DNA of 64,000 nt from assembly GCA_032128875.1 (NCBI GenBank), contig JAVLKG010000001.1:416001-480000 (forward strand), given 5' to 3'. This stretch comes from Candidatus Melainabacteria bacterium 17Bon1m (GTDB lineage Bacteria > Cyanobacteriota > Vampirovibrionia > Obscuribacterales > Obscuribacteraceae). Numbering within the stretch: position 1 is the first letter of the stretch; every line of letters begins with the position of its first letter. Under the pieces are notes generated by a model, which saw only the letters and a program-made list of their open reading frames with translations, was not told the DNA's origin and ran no database searches. Both the position numbers and the translations under genes were made by a program. This document shows positions 46,677-56,587 of the stretch, piece after piece.

Positions 46677-49214
46677 ATGCAAGAAGCGGGGACAAATGCA
46701 ACGGGCTCCTCGCAACTTGAAGCCGATGGTCTTTCCCAGGAAGTGGCCGCGAGACTCCTTGAGAAATACGGGCTCAATGAACCAGCGAGGGCACGCAAGA
46801 ATGACTGGCTCATCGCATTTTTAGAACGTTTCAAAAACCCGCTGGTGATCATACTTATGGGCGCCGGTCTTGTTTCCGCCGCCACTGGAGAAATGACCGG
46901 ATTTACCATCATTTTTGCAATCGTTTGCATAAGCATAACTATGGACTTCTTCCAGCAATACCGCGCCGATAAAGCGGTGGAGAGGCTTTCGCAAAGTGTG
47001 TCCCTGGAAAGTACAGTATTGCGCGACCAGAAAGAAATAAAGCTTCCAAGCAGACAGATCGTTCCTGGTGATGTTGTCTTACTTTCTGCAGGAGACCTTA
47101 TACCTGCAGATGGAGTGCTAATTCGAGCGCGCGATTTTTTTGTCAACCAGTCAATGCTGACAGGAGAAACCTATCCCGTCGAAAAGAAACATTCATGTTC
47201 GGCGGATGTGCGCACGAAAAAACTTAACCAAAACGATCTGAACGAACCGCATTTTGCCTTTGCCGGCAGCTCTGTCGTCAGCGGAATCGGCAGACTTCTC
47301 ATTTTGTCCACTGGTGCAAACACAGTCTTGGGCAGTATCTCGACCAGTCTTGCTGCTCGCCGACCAGAAACATCGTTTGAGTCAGGCGTCAGAAGGTTCG
47401 GCATGATGATTATGCGCGTTACTCTGGTGCTCGTTGTATTTGCATTCGCGGTAAATGTTGCTGCGCATAGACCCTTATTGCAATCTCTGTTATTTGGTGT
47501 GGCATTAGCGGTTGGATTGACTCCTGAGCTTCTTCCTATGGTGATAACAGTGACGCTAAGCAAAGGTGCTCTGGAAATGGCCAGACAGAGCGTCATTGTA
47601 AAACGCCTTTCTGCCGTTCAAGATCTTGGCTCTATGAGCGTTCTTTGCACAGATAAGACCGGGACTCTTACAGAAGGAAAAATCGTGCTGGAAAAGCACG
47701 TCGATCTCTCAGGTGAGGACAGTCAGGATGTTCTTCAACTCGCCTACCTCAACAGTTATTTCGAGACCGGTGTGAAGAGCGCCCTCGATGATGCGATACT
47801 GGCGCACCGAGAAGTAGATATGTCCGGTTGGAAAAAAATTGATGAAGTACCTTTTGATTTCGAAAGAAGGCGAGTCTCTGTTTTAGCTGAACGCGGCTCC
47901 GCACGCCTGCTGGCGGTAAAAGGCGCAGCTGACAGCATTCTGAAACTGTGCAGTAGAGCAGAGCTCTCCGATGCGCAAGTTATCGAAATGAACGCTGAAT
48001 TGAAAGCTAAGATCGACGCTCTTTTTAAAACTCTTGCTGAAGACGGCTTTCATATTCTGGCAATTGCTTACAAGCAAGTCGATGCTTCACACGATCATGC
48101 GCGATTAGATGACGAAAGAGAGCTTGTCTTCAAAGGATTTGCTGCTTTCCTTGATCCTCCCAAATCGTCTGCAAAAGATGCCTTGGTTGCGCTCGGTGAA
48201 GATAATGTGCAGGTGAAAGTACTGAGCGGAGACCACGAACTTGTTGCAAAATATGTTTGCAAAGAGCTCGACTTTGAAATCTCTGGTCTGCTTATTGGTG
48301 ATGAAATAAACAAACTGGACGACCATGCCCTGCAGGCAAGATGCCAAAACACCAATCTCTTCTGCAGAGTCACTCCTTCTCAAAAGACGAGGATAATTGC
48401 TGCCCTAAAGGCTCGCGGAGCTACAGTTGGCTTCCTGGGTGACGGCATCAATGACGCGCCCTCGTTGCATACTGCAGATGTCGGTATATCAGTGGACACT
48501 GCTGTAGATGTGGCAAAGCAAGCCGCAGACATGGTTCTTCTGAAGCATGATTTAAAGGTGCTTCACGCCGGAATAAGAGAAGGGCGCCGCGCCTTCGTCA
48601 ATGTGCAGAAATATATTCTAATGGCGACCAGCTCCAATTTTGGCAACATGTTTAGCATGGCTATGGCTACCCTTTTTCTGCCTTTTCTGCCGATGCTGCC
48701 CGTGCAAATTCTTTTGAATAATCTTCTTTATGACCTTTCAGAACTGGCTTTGCCTATGGACAATGTCGACGAAGAGCTTCTTTCTAAGCCTTCATACGGC
48801 GATATAAGTTTTATCAAAAAGTTTATGCTCTCTATCGGACCAATAAGCTCCATCTTCGACTTCATCACATTTTTTGTGCTGATTTCTATTTTGAAAGCGA
48901 ATGAAAGTCTTTTCCATACGGGCTGGTTTGTCGAATCGCTGGCTACGCAGATACTTGTAATTTTTGTGATTAGAACAAGACGCCCTTGCCTGAAAAGCAA
49001 ACCTGGAAAGTTCTTGGTGCTGCTCAGCCTTTCGATTGTCTTAACTGCTTGTATTTTTACCTTGCCACCTTTCGCACGGACATTTGGATTCAGTCCATTG
49101 CCACCTGTATTCTTTGGCATCCTTGCCTTGATTGCGAGCGTATATCTCGCATTCGTAGAGATTGCCAAGCATGTTTTTTACCGGCGTTTGAGAGGCTCTA
49201 CTATTGCCGTTTAG
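46677..49214 (+). CDS. mgtA: Magnesium-translocating P-type ATPase
   Basis: AVGLTPELLP, DKTGTLT, DEVPFDFERRR, SSNFGN, NLLYD, TGWFVESL.TQ (P3B signature). Confidence 0.92.
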   Translation: MQEAGTNATGSSQLEADGLSQEVAARLLEKYGLNEPARARKNDWLIAFLERFKNPLVIILMGAGLVSAATGEMTGFTIIFAIVCISITMDFFQQYRADKAVERLSQSVSLESTVLRDQKEIKLPSRQIVPGDVVLLSAGDLIPADGVLIRARDFFVNQSMLTGETYPVEKKHSCSADVRTKKLNQNDLNEPHFAFAGSSVVSGIGRLLILSTGANTVLGSISTSLAARRPETSFESGVRRFGMMIMRVTLVLVVFAFAVNVAAHRPLLQSLLFGVALAVGLTPELLPMVITVTLSKGALEMARQSVIVKRLSAVQDLGSMSVLCTDKTGTLTEGKIVLEKHVDLSGEDSQDVLQLAYLNSYFETGVKSALDDAILAHREVDMSGWKKIDEVPFDFERRRVSVLAERGSARLLAVKGAADSILKLCSRAELSDAQVIEMNAELKAKIDALFKTLAEDGFHILAIAYKQVDASHDHARLDDERELVFKGFAAFLDPPKSSAKDALVALGEDNVQVKVLSGDHELVAKYVCKELDFEISGLLIGDEINKLDDHALQARCQNTNLFCRVTPSQKTRIIAALKARGATVGFLGDGINDAPSLHTADVGISVDTAVDVAKQAADMVLLKHDLKVLHAGIREGRRAFVNVQKYILMATSSNFGNMFSMAMATLFLPFLPMLPVQILLNNLLYDLSELALPMDNVDEELLSKPSYGDISFIKKFMLSIGPISSIFDFITFFVLISILKANESLFHTGWFVESLATQILVIFVIRTRRPCLKSKPGKFLVLLSLSIVLTACIFTLPPFARTFGFSPLPPVFFGILALIASVYLAFVEIAKHVFYRRLRGSTIAV

Positions 49215-49221
49215 CAAAGCA

Positions 49222-49265
49222 CCATACTAAAGGTCGATGGCGAAAGTCGTTTTGCTAACTAGATT
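49222..49265 (+). promoter_or_regulatory. Regulon box (49222-49237) plus -10-like TAGATT (49260-49265)
   Basis: CCAT-ACTAAAGG-TCGA; 22-nt spacer. Confidence 0.6.
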
Positions 49266-49314
49266 AGATGAGATAGCCGCAGCGACTTGCATATTACGAG
49301 CGAGGGCATTGGAC

Positions 49315-49812
49315 ATGAAAGTACTATTGGCAATTTCAGATCGCCTGTTTGGCGATGCAATTGTTCGTTTTGCCTCTCATCACAAGTGGAATGCAGGCAC
49401 TGAATTTAAGCTCATTACTGTGGTTGCTGCGCTTCAACGTCAACCAGGTCATTCGGACGAAGACAAAAAAATCTTCTTTGATGAAGAGATGAAATTGGCA
49501 GACAAACAGCTTTCACAATTAAAATCTGCTCTAATGAAGGCTTTGCCGGATGCATACATCACTTATGAAGTATTAGTTGGCAGCCCTTCTCACGAAATTC
49601 TTGAATGTGCAAAAAATTGGCCAGCTCAGTTTATTTTGCTTGGATCGCATGGACGTGAAGGTTTGGAGAAAATGCTTTTAGGTAGTGTATCTCACTACGT
49701 GGCCTGCCATGCACCATGCTCTTTCAGCATAGTCCGCGTCGCCAACAGCGATGTTTTGGATTTCGAGCTAGAGGAAGAAGACATCCCCCTCGAGATGCGG
49801 GCGTTCGGATAA
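49315..49812 (+). CDS. Universal stress protein
   Basis: MKVLLAISD; ILLGSHGREGLEKMLLGSVS. Confidence 0.9.
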   Translation: MKVLLAISDRLFGDAIVRFASHHKWNAGTEFKLITVVAALQRQPGHSDEDKKIFFDEEMKLADKQLSQLKSALMKALPDAYITYEVLVGSPSHEILECAKNWPAQFILLGSHGREGLEKMLLGSVSHYVACHAPCSFSIVRVANSDVLDFELEEEDIPLEMRAFG

Positions 49813-49820
49813 TAAATAAG

Positions 49821-51722
49821 ATGGTCGATAAGTCAAAAACAAACATGAAGTCACAATCAGAGTCGAATTCTCCCCCAGAGAAATCGAGCACAAAGCAAGA
49901 TATTTTGGCGTGGCTGACTATTGCCGCTTTCTGGTTGTGTTTGCTTTTTCTTCCAGTACTTCACATGGCGAGAGTTGAAACTGTTCCCTATAACCTTTTT
50001 ATGAGCGAACTTGCGGCCGGGCATTTTAGCGAAGTAGTAGTTCATGATGATGAGTTGGAAGCAAAATCAAATTCCGATAAGTTCAAGATCGTCAAAACAA
50101 ATAGGATTCAAGATCCAGCCCTGGTCGGAGTTTTGACAAAGGCAAACGTCAAATTCTCTTCGCCAGGAAAAAACGATTTCTGGTCAACTCTTGGCTCACT
50201 GCTTTTCCCAGCTTTTCTATTCTTCTTATTTTGGATGATCATGCTCCGCAGTTCGGCTGCTGGTGGAATGGGCGGTGCCATGCCCGGAGTAATGTCGATA
50301 GAGAAGAGCAAAGCCAAAGTCTACATGGAAGATAAGGTCAAAGTTTCGTTCAAGGATGTTGCAGGCGTCGACGAAGCAAAAGAAGAGCTCAAAGAAGTAG
50401 TCGGATTTCTAAGGCAGCCAGAGGCATTCACGCGCCTTGGAGGACATTTACCGAAAGGCATCTTGCTAGTCGGACCTCCGGGTACGGGAAAAACCCTGCT
50501 TGCCAGAGCTGTTGCCGGAGAAGCGGGGGTACCCTTTTTCTCCATAAGCGGCTCGGAATTCGTAGAGATGTTTGTTGGCGTTGGAGCGGCGCGTGTTCGC
50601 GATCTCTTTGCCGAGGCGCAGAAAAATGCTCCGTGCATCGTCTTCATCGATGAATTAGATGCATTAGGGCGCGCCCGCGGCATCAATCCAATGATGGGCG
50701 GACATGATGAAAAAGAACAGACTCTCAATCAGTTACTTGTCGAGATGGATGGATTCGATCCACGGCAAGGTGTTGTGCTGCTCGCCGCTACGAATAGGCC
50801 GGAAATACTTGATCAAGCTCTACTTAGAGCCGGCCGATTCGATAGGCATATTTTGGTGGACAGACCTGATAAATCCGGAAGAATGCAGATTTTGCAAGTT
50901 CACTTCAAGGACAAAGTAATCGATGATGCCGTAAGTCTCGAACACATCGCCTCTATGACACCGGGATTCACGGGAGCCGATCTCGCCAATCTTGTCAATG
51001 AAGCTGTGATTATCGCTACCAGAAGATCGGCCGAATCTGTTACTGAAGATGACTTTACGCAAGCCGTTGAGCGTATCGTTGCAGGTTTGGAAAAGAAAAG
51101 CCGCATTTTAAGCCCTGCCGAGCGGAACCTGGTAGCTCACCATGAGATGGGACACGCCCTGGTGGCTATGGCTTTGCCCGGTACAGACCCCGTACACAAA
51201 ATTTCCATTATCCCAAGGGGCATTGGTGCCCTTGGATATACGATGCAACGGCCCAGCGAAGATAAGTATCTTGCTTCCAAGCAAGAACTAGAAAATCGGC
51301 TTGCGGTCCTTCTTGGTGGCAGAGCGGCAGAGAAGCTTCTGTTTAACGAATTATCTACCGGTGCCGCTGACGACTTGGTCAAGGCCACAGACATAGCTCG
51401 CAACATGGTTACGCGTTATGGAATGAACGATGCCTTGGGTGCCGTAACTTATGAGGCAGAACCACAATCTTTTCTCGATGTTGCCTCTCAGTATCATGCG
51501 CACTCGCAGCTAAGCGAAGAGACGCTCAAAGAAATCGACTATGCAATCAAAGAGCTCGTTAGAACCGCAGAGAAGAAAGCGACGGAAGTTTTGGAGCAAT
51601 ACAAGGCGGTGCTAGTTGCTGGTGCCGAGTTGCTTTTGATAAACGAGACTCTCTCCAAGGACGAGTTGGATAAGATCTTTCCCAAACCTAAAGATGCATC
51701 TCACTTGAAGCTCATTAGCTGA
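49821..51722 (+). CDS. ftsH: ATP-dependent zinc metalloprotease FtsH
   Basis: Two TM segments, [35 protein letters not shown]. Confidence 0.96.
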   Translation: MVDKSKTNMKSQSESNSPPEKSSTKQDILAWLTIAAFWLCLLFLPVLHMARVETVPYNLFMSELAAGHFSEVVVHDDELEAKSNSDKFKIVKTNRIQDPALVGVLTKANVKFSSPGKNDFWSTLGSLLFPAFLFFLFWMIMLRSSAAGGMGGAMPGVMSIEKSKAKVYMEDKVKVSFKDVAGVDEAKEELKEVVGFLRQPEAFTRLGGHLPKGILLVGPPGTGKTLLARAVAGEAGVPFFSISGSEFVEMFVGVGAARVRDLFAEAQKNAPCIVFIDELDALGRARGINPMMGGHDEKEQTLNQLLVEMDGFDPRQGVVLLAATNRPEILDQALLRAGRFDRHILVDRPDKSGRMQILQVHFKDKVIDDAVSLEHIASMTPGFTGADLANLVNEAVIIATRRSAESVTEDDFTQAVERIVAGLEKKSRILSPAERNLVAHHEMGHALVAMALPGTDPVHKISIIPRGIGALGYTMQRPSEDKYLASKQELENRLAVLLGGRAAEKLLFNELSTGAADDLVKATDIARNMVTRYGMNDALGAVTYEAEPQSFLDVASQYHAHSQLSEETLKEIDYAIKELVRTAEKKATEVLEQYKAVLVAGAELLLINETLSKDELDKIFPKPKDASHLKLIS

Positions 51723-51820
51723 ATAGTGACAGGTATGAATTGGAAGAAAGGAGCACGCTATTGCGTAGTCTTTCTTTCAATTTCAGCGATCAGACTTCAG
51801 GTGTAATGGACTTCTCTGAC

Positions 51821-51836
51821 TAGTCCTTAGGTATTA
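51821..51836. promoter_or_regulatory. Regulon box
   Basis: TAGT-CCTTAGGT-ATTA. Confidence 0.55.
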
Positions 51837-52008
51837 TTCGAGCTTGTAAAAGCTGTCACTATTAGGAGTGACAAAATGCATTCATACACTCCGAATGCCC
51901 CATCTAGCTACCCTCTTCGCAGGTTACTAACAATAGCTTATGTGAATGATACGTAACTCTTGTGGGGAGAATATGCTCTTTATGTGGGCACTGATTGAGG
52001 CAACGGAA

Positions 52009-52530
52009 ATGTTTAACCTGTTTAAAAACTCTGATGAAGACACCGACGAGGTAATGCCGGAATTTCGCCTTTCCTCAATAACATCTCAGTTGCCTAGGCT
52101 TGTAAGAATGCGCATTGATAACGCAAAAGAGTGCGCTTGCGAACGCTGTGGCGATTTGCTCGACAATCTGCATATGAAGACGAAGCTGCTCGAACAACAC
52201 CATCAAGCCGAATTACCAGCATTGTCTTTCTGGACCCGCTTTCACAAAGATGGAGGGTCTCCACACTTTGAAATGCAACTCGACAACAAGTTAAAACTGA
52301 CAACTTCCGAACTTACGCGCCATGATGAATTCATCGACACGCTCTTGGAAGTTGAACACAATTGGCAGCGCTCGCAAAGGAGCACTTGCTCCAACGATGA
52401 TACCGATCGCTTCTGGATGAATCATTACCTTGAACTGAAAAATATGATTGCCGAGCAAAGAGAGCGCGACGAGGAATCGCTCGACGACCTTAGAGCTGCC
52501 GTATTGCAAAATCCAGAGTCTGAGAGTTGA
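52009..52530 (+). CDS. Hypothetical helical His-rich protein (possibly hemerythrin-like)
   Basis: HHQAE and other spaced His residues; CACERC; GAGG RBS before ATG 52009. Confidence 0.55.
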   Translation: MFNLFKNSDEDTDEVMPEFRLSSITSQLPRLVRMRIDNAKECACERCGDLLDNLHMKTKLLEQHHQAELPALSFWTRFHKDGGSPHFEMQLDNKLKLTTSELTRHDEFIDTLLEVEHNWQRSQRSTCSNDDTDRFWMNHYLELKNMIAEQRERDEESLDDLRAAVLQNPESES

Positions 52531-52581
52531 ACATAAGGCTAAGTCTGGTGAAAGAGATAATTTTCAGCGTCTTTTCAAAAC

Positions 52582-52625
52582 TCATACTTCGTGATGATGC
52601 CTGATTGAGCCTATGGCTCTAAACT
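52582..52625 (+). promoter_or_regulatory. Orphan regulon box (52582-52597) plus -10-like TAAACT between convergent genes
   Basis: TCAT-ACTTCGTG-ATGA; 22-nt spacer to TAAACT (52620-52625). Confidence 0.55.
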
Positions 52626-52724
52626 ATAAATGTAGAGAGAGAGAGACAAAGAGAAGGTGAGTCACGAATAAACTTCAAGGCAGACGACAACAGTATCACA
52701 GGCGGTGGCGCCAAGAATAGCTCT

Positions 52725-53528
52725 CTAAGAGCTGGACCAATTCGACGGACGCCATCGCTTGTCTTTTGTCAGACCAATTGAAGTCGTTTTCAATTTGGAT
52801 GCATCGTTTATCCGGCTCACTAAGCCGAGCTTCTGCATCGATCTGATCACCAGCCACGATACGTCAATCTCAAAAGGATGCATGCCGGTGCGTGCAGAAC
52901 CTGGAAATGTGTGATGGTTGTTGTGCCAACCTTCGCCCATGGCGAGTAAAGCAACCCACCAGACATTGACGCTGTCATCTTTGCTTTGGAAGTTTTTATA
53001 ACCAAGGTGCGGGATGTGACAAACAACGTTCAGCATCAGTGGTATTTGCAAAACTGCAAAGCCAGCAAGCAAGCTTGCTAATGCTGCCACCCATCCGAAG
53101 TATGCGAAGATAATCAGCCTAAAGCCAATGTTGATGGCATAGGACAACAAGTGAGAGTGTAGAAGATTGCCGTTAAGTTCGAGACAACGGTAAATAGGAT
53201 CACGAACGAGGTCTTTTGACTGTTTGTAGGGATCCATATGCGCTTCGTATGATTCACGCAGTATCCATCCAATGTGAGCCTTTCGCAATCCGTATCGCGG
53301 TGAATGAGGATCAAGCGGAGTGTCAACATAATGATGATGAGCGCGGTGAATAGTCGCCCACCAAATTGGTGAACCCTCAAAAGACAGATAGCCTAGAAAA
53401 ACCCAAAAATATTCAATGATTTTTGGACACGAAAATGATCGGTGTGAGAGCAGCCGGTGATAGCCAACTGTTACACCAAGACCGTGTAACAAGTAGCTGA
53501 TGGCGAACACGATTAGAAAATCGGTCAT
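52725..53528 (-). CDS. Delta-9-type fatty acid desaturase
   Basis: His boxes HRLLSH, HRAHH, GEGWHNNHH. Confidence 0.93.
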   Translation of the reverse strand: MTDFLIVFAISYLLHGLGVTVGYHRLLSHRSFSCPKIIEYFWVFLGYLSFEGSPIWWATIHRAHHHYVDTPLDPHSPRYGLRKAHIGWILRESYEAHMDPYKQSKDLVRDPIYRCLELNGNLLHSHLLSYAINIGFRLIIFAYFGWVAALASLLAGFAVLQIPLMLNVVCHIPHLGYKNFQSKDDSVNVWWVALLAMGEGWHNNHHTFPGSARTGMHPFEIDVSWLVIRSMQKLGLVSRINDASKLKTTSIGLTKDKRWRPSNWSSS

Positions 53529-53738
53529 GGGTGTTTCTCTTCAGGTCGCACGCTTACGAGCCGGGAAAAAAATCCCAGCGCTCTGCTCGTTGTAATGATA
53601 GTTCTTCAAAGTGTAGTCGCGCGACTACAAAGTGCAGTTATCCAACTATACCACAAGTCGCGCCCGTGTAGATCGTGCTCACACGGGTTGGAGGGTCATT
53701 GGTTTGAGCGATTGCGGGTTTTCAAGGAGGGTGAAAGG

Positions 53739-54104
53739 TTATCCTTCCTGTCCCTTCTTCAGCTTTCGACAATAGTCGAAAAGCTTCCGGACCGTCTCTT
53801 TATTAGACGCAACGCTTTGATAATAGGGCATGTGTCCAGGCGGATCTTCCAGGTACTTTTGAAACAATGCAATTGATCTGAGCATCTTGGAGCCGGCGAT
53901 TGGTTTTGTGGGATTGGCTGCATTGCCGCCGCCAACATGGCACGAACTGCAATACTGCTTGAACAAATCGCTGCCGGAGACTTCTTTGTTTTTCTCTTTG
54001 GAAAGTACCGGCGCAAAACTTGCGAATACAGCCAAGCAGATCATTGAAAACATGAGCGCTTCTTGCCAGTTTTTATTGTTTGTCTCCAGCTTAAACGTCA
54101 TCAT
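53739..54104 (-). CDS. Cytochrome c6-like monoheme cytochrome
   Basis: Signal peptide; G..LF...CSSCHVGGGN...P.K...MP. Confidence 0.8.
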   Translation of the reverse strand: MMTFKLETNNKNWQEALMFSMICLAVFASFAPVLSKEKNKEVSGSDLFKQYCSSCHVGGGNAANPTKPIAGSKMLRSIALFQKYLEDPPGHMPYYQSVASNKETVRKLFDYCRKLKKGQEG

Positions 54105-54198
54105 CCAATTTCTCCCTGCAGGCATTCACATATCTGTTGCCCAAAATTGGCAATATGAAATCGCATCTTTCCTATTATGAGGCTTCATGCACGCTTAA

Positions 54199-54525
54199 CT
54201 AGCAGGTACCTGGAAAGTTGTCCTCTTCAATCTTTCGAGGTTCGGAAGTTTGCTCAACCTTCGGCAAAGACTCTTCTTCTTTCCATACCTTGGCCAATTC
54301 AGCCCAGGCACTCTCCAGACCGTCTTTCAATTCCTTGAAAGCAAATTGGCTATGACGCACTGCCATTTCTTCCTTTTTTACCAACTGAGTTTTTGCTTTT
54401 ACTGCTGCCTCAATTAGCTGATCAATTTTTGCTCCCACGTCCGCCAGCATTTGCTCGGCTGTTTCGTGCTTTTTTTCGTCTACTTTATTCATGGTTGCTT
54501 CCCTCTTCAGTTCTTTCTGCAACAT
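54199..54525 (-). CDS. Hypothetical coiled-coil protein
   Basis: ELKDGLESAW.EL helical pattern; start may be 54493. Confidence 0.6.
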   Translation of the reverse strand: MLQKELKREATMNKVDEKKHETAEQMLADVGAKIDQLIEAAVKAKTQLVKKEEMAVRHSQFAFKELKDGLESAWAELAKVWKEEESLPKVEQTSEPRKIEEDNFPGTC

Positions 54526-54549
54526 ATATGAAATCGCTGGACTACGTTA

Positions 54550-54637
54550 TCGTCCAGACGGACTAGCTTCTCTGGTTGCAGTTTTTTTGAGAGTGATACC
54601 TTTGATTGAAGCTTTGCAGTCGAATTGGTTTTAGATT
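54550..54637. promoter_or_regulatory. Divergent promoter with boxes (54550-54565, 54594-54609) and TAGATT (54632-54637)
   Basis: TCGT-CCAGACGG-ACTA; TGAT-ACCTTTGA-TTGA; 22-nt spacer. Confidence 0.6.
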
Positions 54638-54679
54638 GGGTGTGTACTGAAAGGGCACGGGGCAAAAGGATCGCAGAAT

Positions 54680-55036
54680 ATGAAACACTGGGGATTTGGT
54701 CGCAAAGGCGCCATAGAAATTACAATAGCAGTCGCTCTTGCTACTGCTGCATTCGCAATACCCTTTATAGTGGCTGCGTTCGGACCGGAGACTTTGTGGT
54801 TTATGACTCTTACCGGCCCGCCTGCGCTGACTGCTCTACTTTTGGGTATTTTTCTTTTCTTGCTGTACGCAGTCGGATTCTACCGATATGCTCATGATAA
54901 AGGCTATAGCGCCGCATTGAGTATCGTCCTCATAATGGCCGCTCTGCCTGGTTTGGTCGCTTTACTGTTGCTGCCTGATTTGACTCATCCTTTGGCTGAC
55001 GTTGTCTCCGACAGAAATAGAACATTCGCGCACTAG
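54680..55036 (+). CDS. Small membrane protein
   Basis: Three hydrophobic segments; A.DKGYS...LLPD. Confidence 0.7.
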   Translation: MKHWGFGRKGAIEITIAVALATAAFAIPFIVAAFGPETLWFMTLTGPPALTALLLGIFLFLLYAVGFYRYAHDKGYSAALSIVLIMAALPGLVALLLLPDLTHPLADVVSDRNRTFAH

Positions 55037-55059
55037 CACGTCAATAAATTCCTAAAACT

Positions 55060-55091
55060 GAGCACTACCGAATTAGCGGCGGTGCTCTTTT
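55060..55091 (+). terminator. Intrinsic terminator
   Basis: GAGCACTACCG/CGGCGGTGCTC stem followed by TTTT. Confidence 0.6.
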
Positions 55092-55150
55092 GTCATTGAT
55101 CCGATGAGCCTGAGATTACTAATCTGAGGTTTGGAAGTTTGACTATTGCA

Positions 55151-56587
55151 TTAGCGTCGCAAAGGAATTTCGATCCAAAATACCGACCCTTTGCCGGGCT
55201 CGCTTTCAACACCTATAAGTCCGCCGTGCGCCTCTACAATCAATTTTGCAATTGCAAGTCCTAAACCTGTCCCTCCCGCGGATTTGCCCTCGCTTGTTTG
55301 AAAAAACTTTTGAAATAATTTGGCGCTTGCTTGTTTGCTGATACCCGGGCCTGAATCGACTACTGCAATGCGCACGAATTTACTTTTGATGTCGCTGGTA
55401 ATCTCAATGGGTGACCCAGGAGTTGAAAATTTGATCGCGTTTGAGAGCAGATTTACAAGTACCTGTCTTACTCTAGATCTGTCTATAGGTAGTGAAATGT
55501 GCTCGCAACGATTTTCCAGTGCGATACCTTTTGCAAGAGCCAGATTTGACACTATTTCAATAGTCTCGCAAGCTAATGCATTGAGATCCGCTGATTCGAT
55601 ATTCAGGCTCAAGTTGCCCACGTCTAGACTTTCAAGCAGGAGCATGTCGTCTATTAGAGAAAGGCAAGTCGAAACGCTCGCATTCAGCCGTTGCAAATAC
55701 TTTCCTCCTTGGCTTTTCGACAACGCTTCTTCTTTGTCAAGTATGCTTGAGGCATTTGTGCAGCGGGTTAGCGACGTCTGCAGATGATGAGCAACAGCAG
55801 TCATATAGATTCGCCTGAACTCTTCTCCCTCGGATAGTTTTTTCTGAGCATCAGAGAGTTCGCTTTCTAATTGTGTTAGCTCGTCTTTGGATGATTCACT
55901 GTAGGAGATTCTTTCTTGAGTAGTCAACGCGTGTGCTTTGCGTGAAACTTCGGAGATTCGCTTAAATACAGCGTTTTTGAAAAACAGCGCGAGAGCCAGA
56001 GCAATCGCTAAATTGAGAATCAATCCTGTTAAGACAATGAATTTTGTTCTGGATAAATCTTCCTTTTGAGTATTGAGAGTTTGACCGAAATTTCGATCGC
56101 TTGCATCTAGCATTGATAAAACGCTGTGCGCGTCTTTCATAATGTCTAGAAATCTATCGGGCAGATTTATCGATACGATATCTGCCTGGCAAAGACCTGG
56201 CTTATCGACTAGAACCCGCAAGGTTTCTCGAACTTGCGACATTGAATTGCGTACCTTCTGAATCGTGGACTTGGTACTACTTCTTTCTTCTGTTCGTTGG
56301 TCAATCTGATTTAACGTGTCTATGAGCTCAAGGGACTCGCCCTCGACACGCTTTCTGATTGATTCATTGCCTGAGCTTTTTACAAAGTTGAATAAGGAAG
56401 TTGTGCATTTGTTGAAAAGTTCAACACTGCGGCTCATCAAGAAAATGATCTCTGCCCTTTTCTCGCTTTCATCAAGTAAAGCAGTCGATCTGTTCAGAGA
56501 ATCCCAATACATGCCAATCCAGATTACATTGACAGTGAGCGGAACGAAAATCATTAGCAGCCCTTTTTGAAAAATCGACAAAGACAT
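55151..56587 (-). CDS. Membrane sensor histidine kinase; intact ATPase, atypical H-box
   Basis: 2 TM; AHHLQTSL; NLLSNAIKF, DSGPGI, F.KF.Q, GGTGLGLAI. Confidence 0.85.
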   Translation of the reverse strand: MSLSIFQKGLLMIFVPLTVNVIWIGMYWDSLNRSTALLDESEKRAEIIFLMSRSVELFNKCTTSLFNFVKSSGNESIRKRVEGESLELIDTLNQIDQRTEERSSTKSTIQKVRNSMSQVRETLRVLVDKPGLCQADIVSINLPDRFLDIMKDAHSVLSMLDASDRNFGQTLNTQKEDLSRTKFIVLTGLILNLAIALALALFFKNAVFKRISEVSRKAHALTTQERISYSESSKDELTQLESELSDAQKKLSEGEEFRRIYMTAVAHHLQTSLTRCTNASSILDKEEALSKSQGGKYLQRLNASVSTCLSLIDDMLLLESLDVGNLSLNIESADLNALACETIEIVSNLALAKGIALENRCEHISLPIDRSRVRQVLVNLLSNAIKFSTPGSPIEITSDIKSKFVRIAVVDSGPGISKQASAKLFQKFFQTSEGKSAGGTGLGLAIAKLIVEAHGGLIGVESEPGKGSVFWIEIPLRR

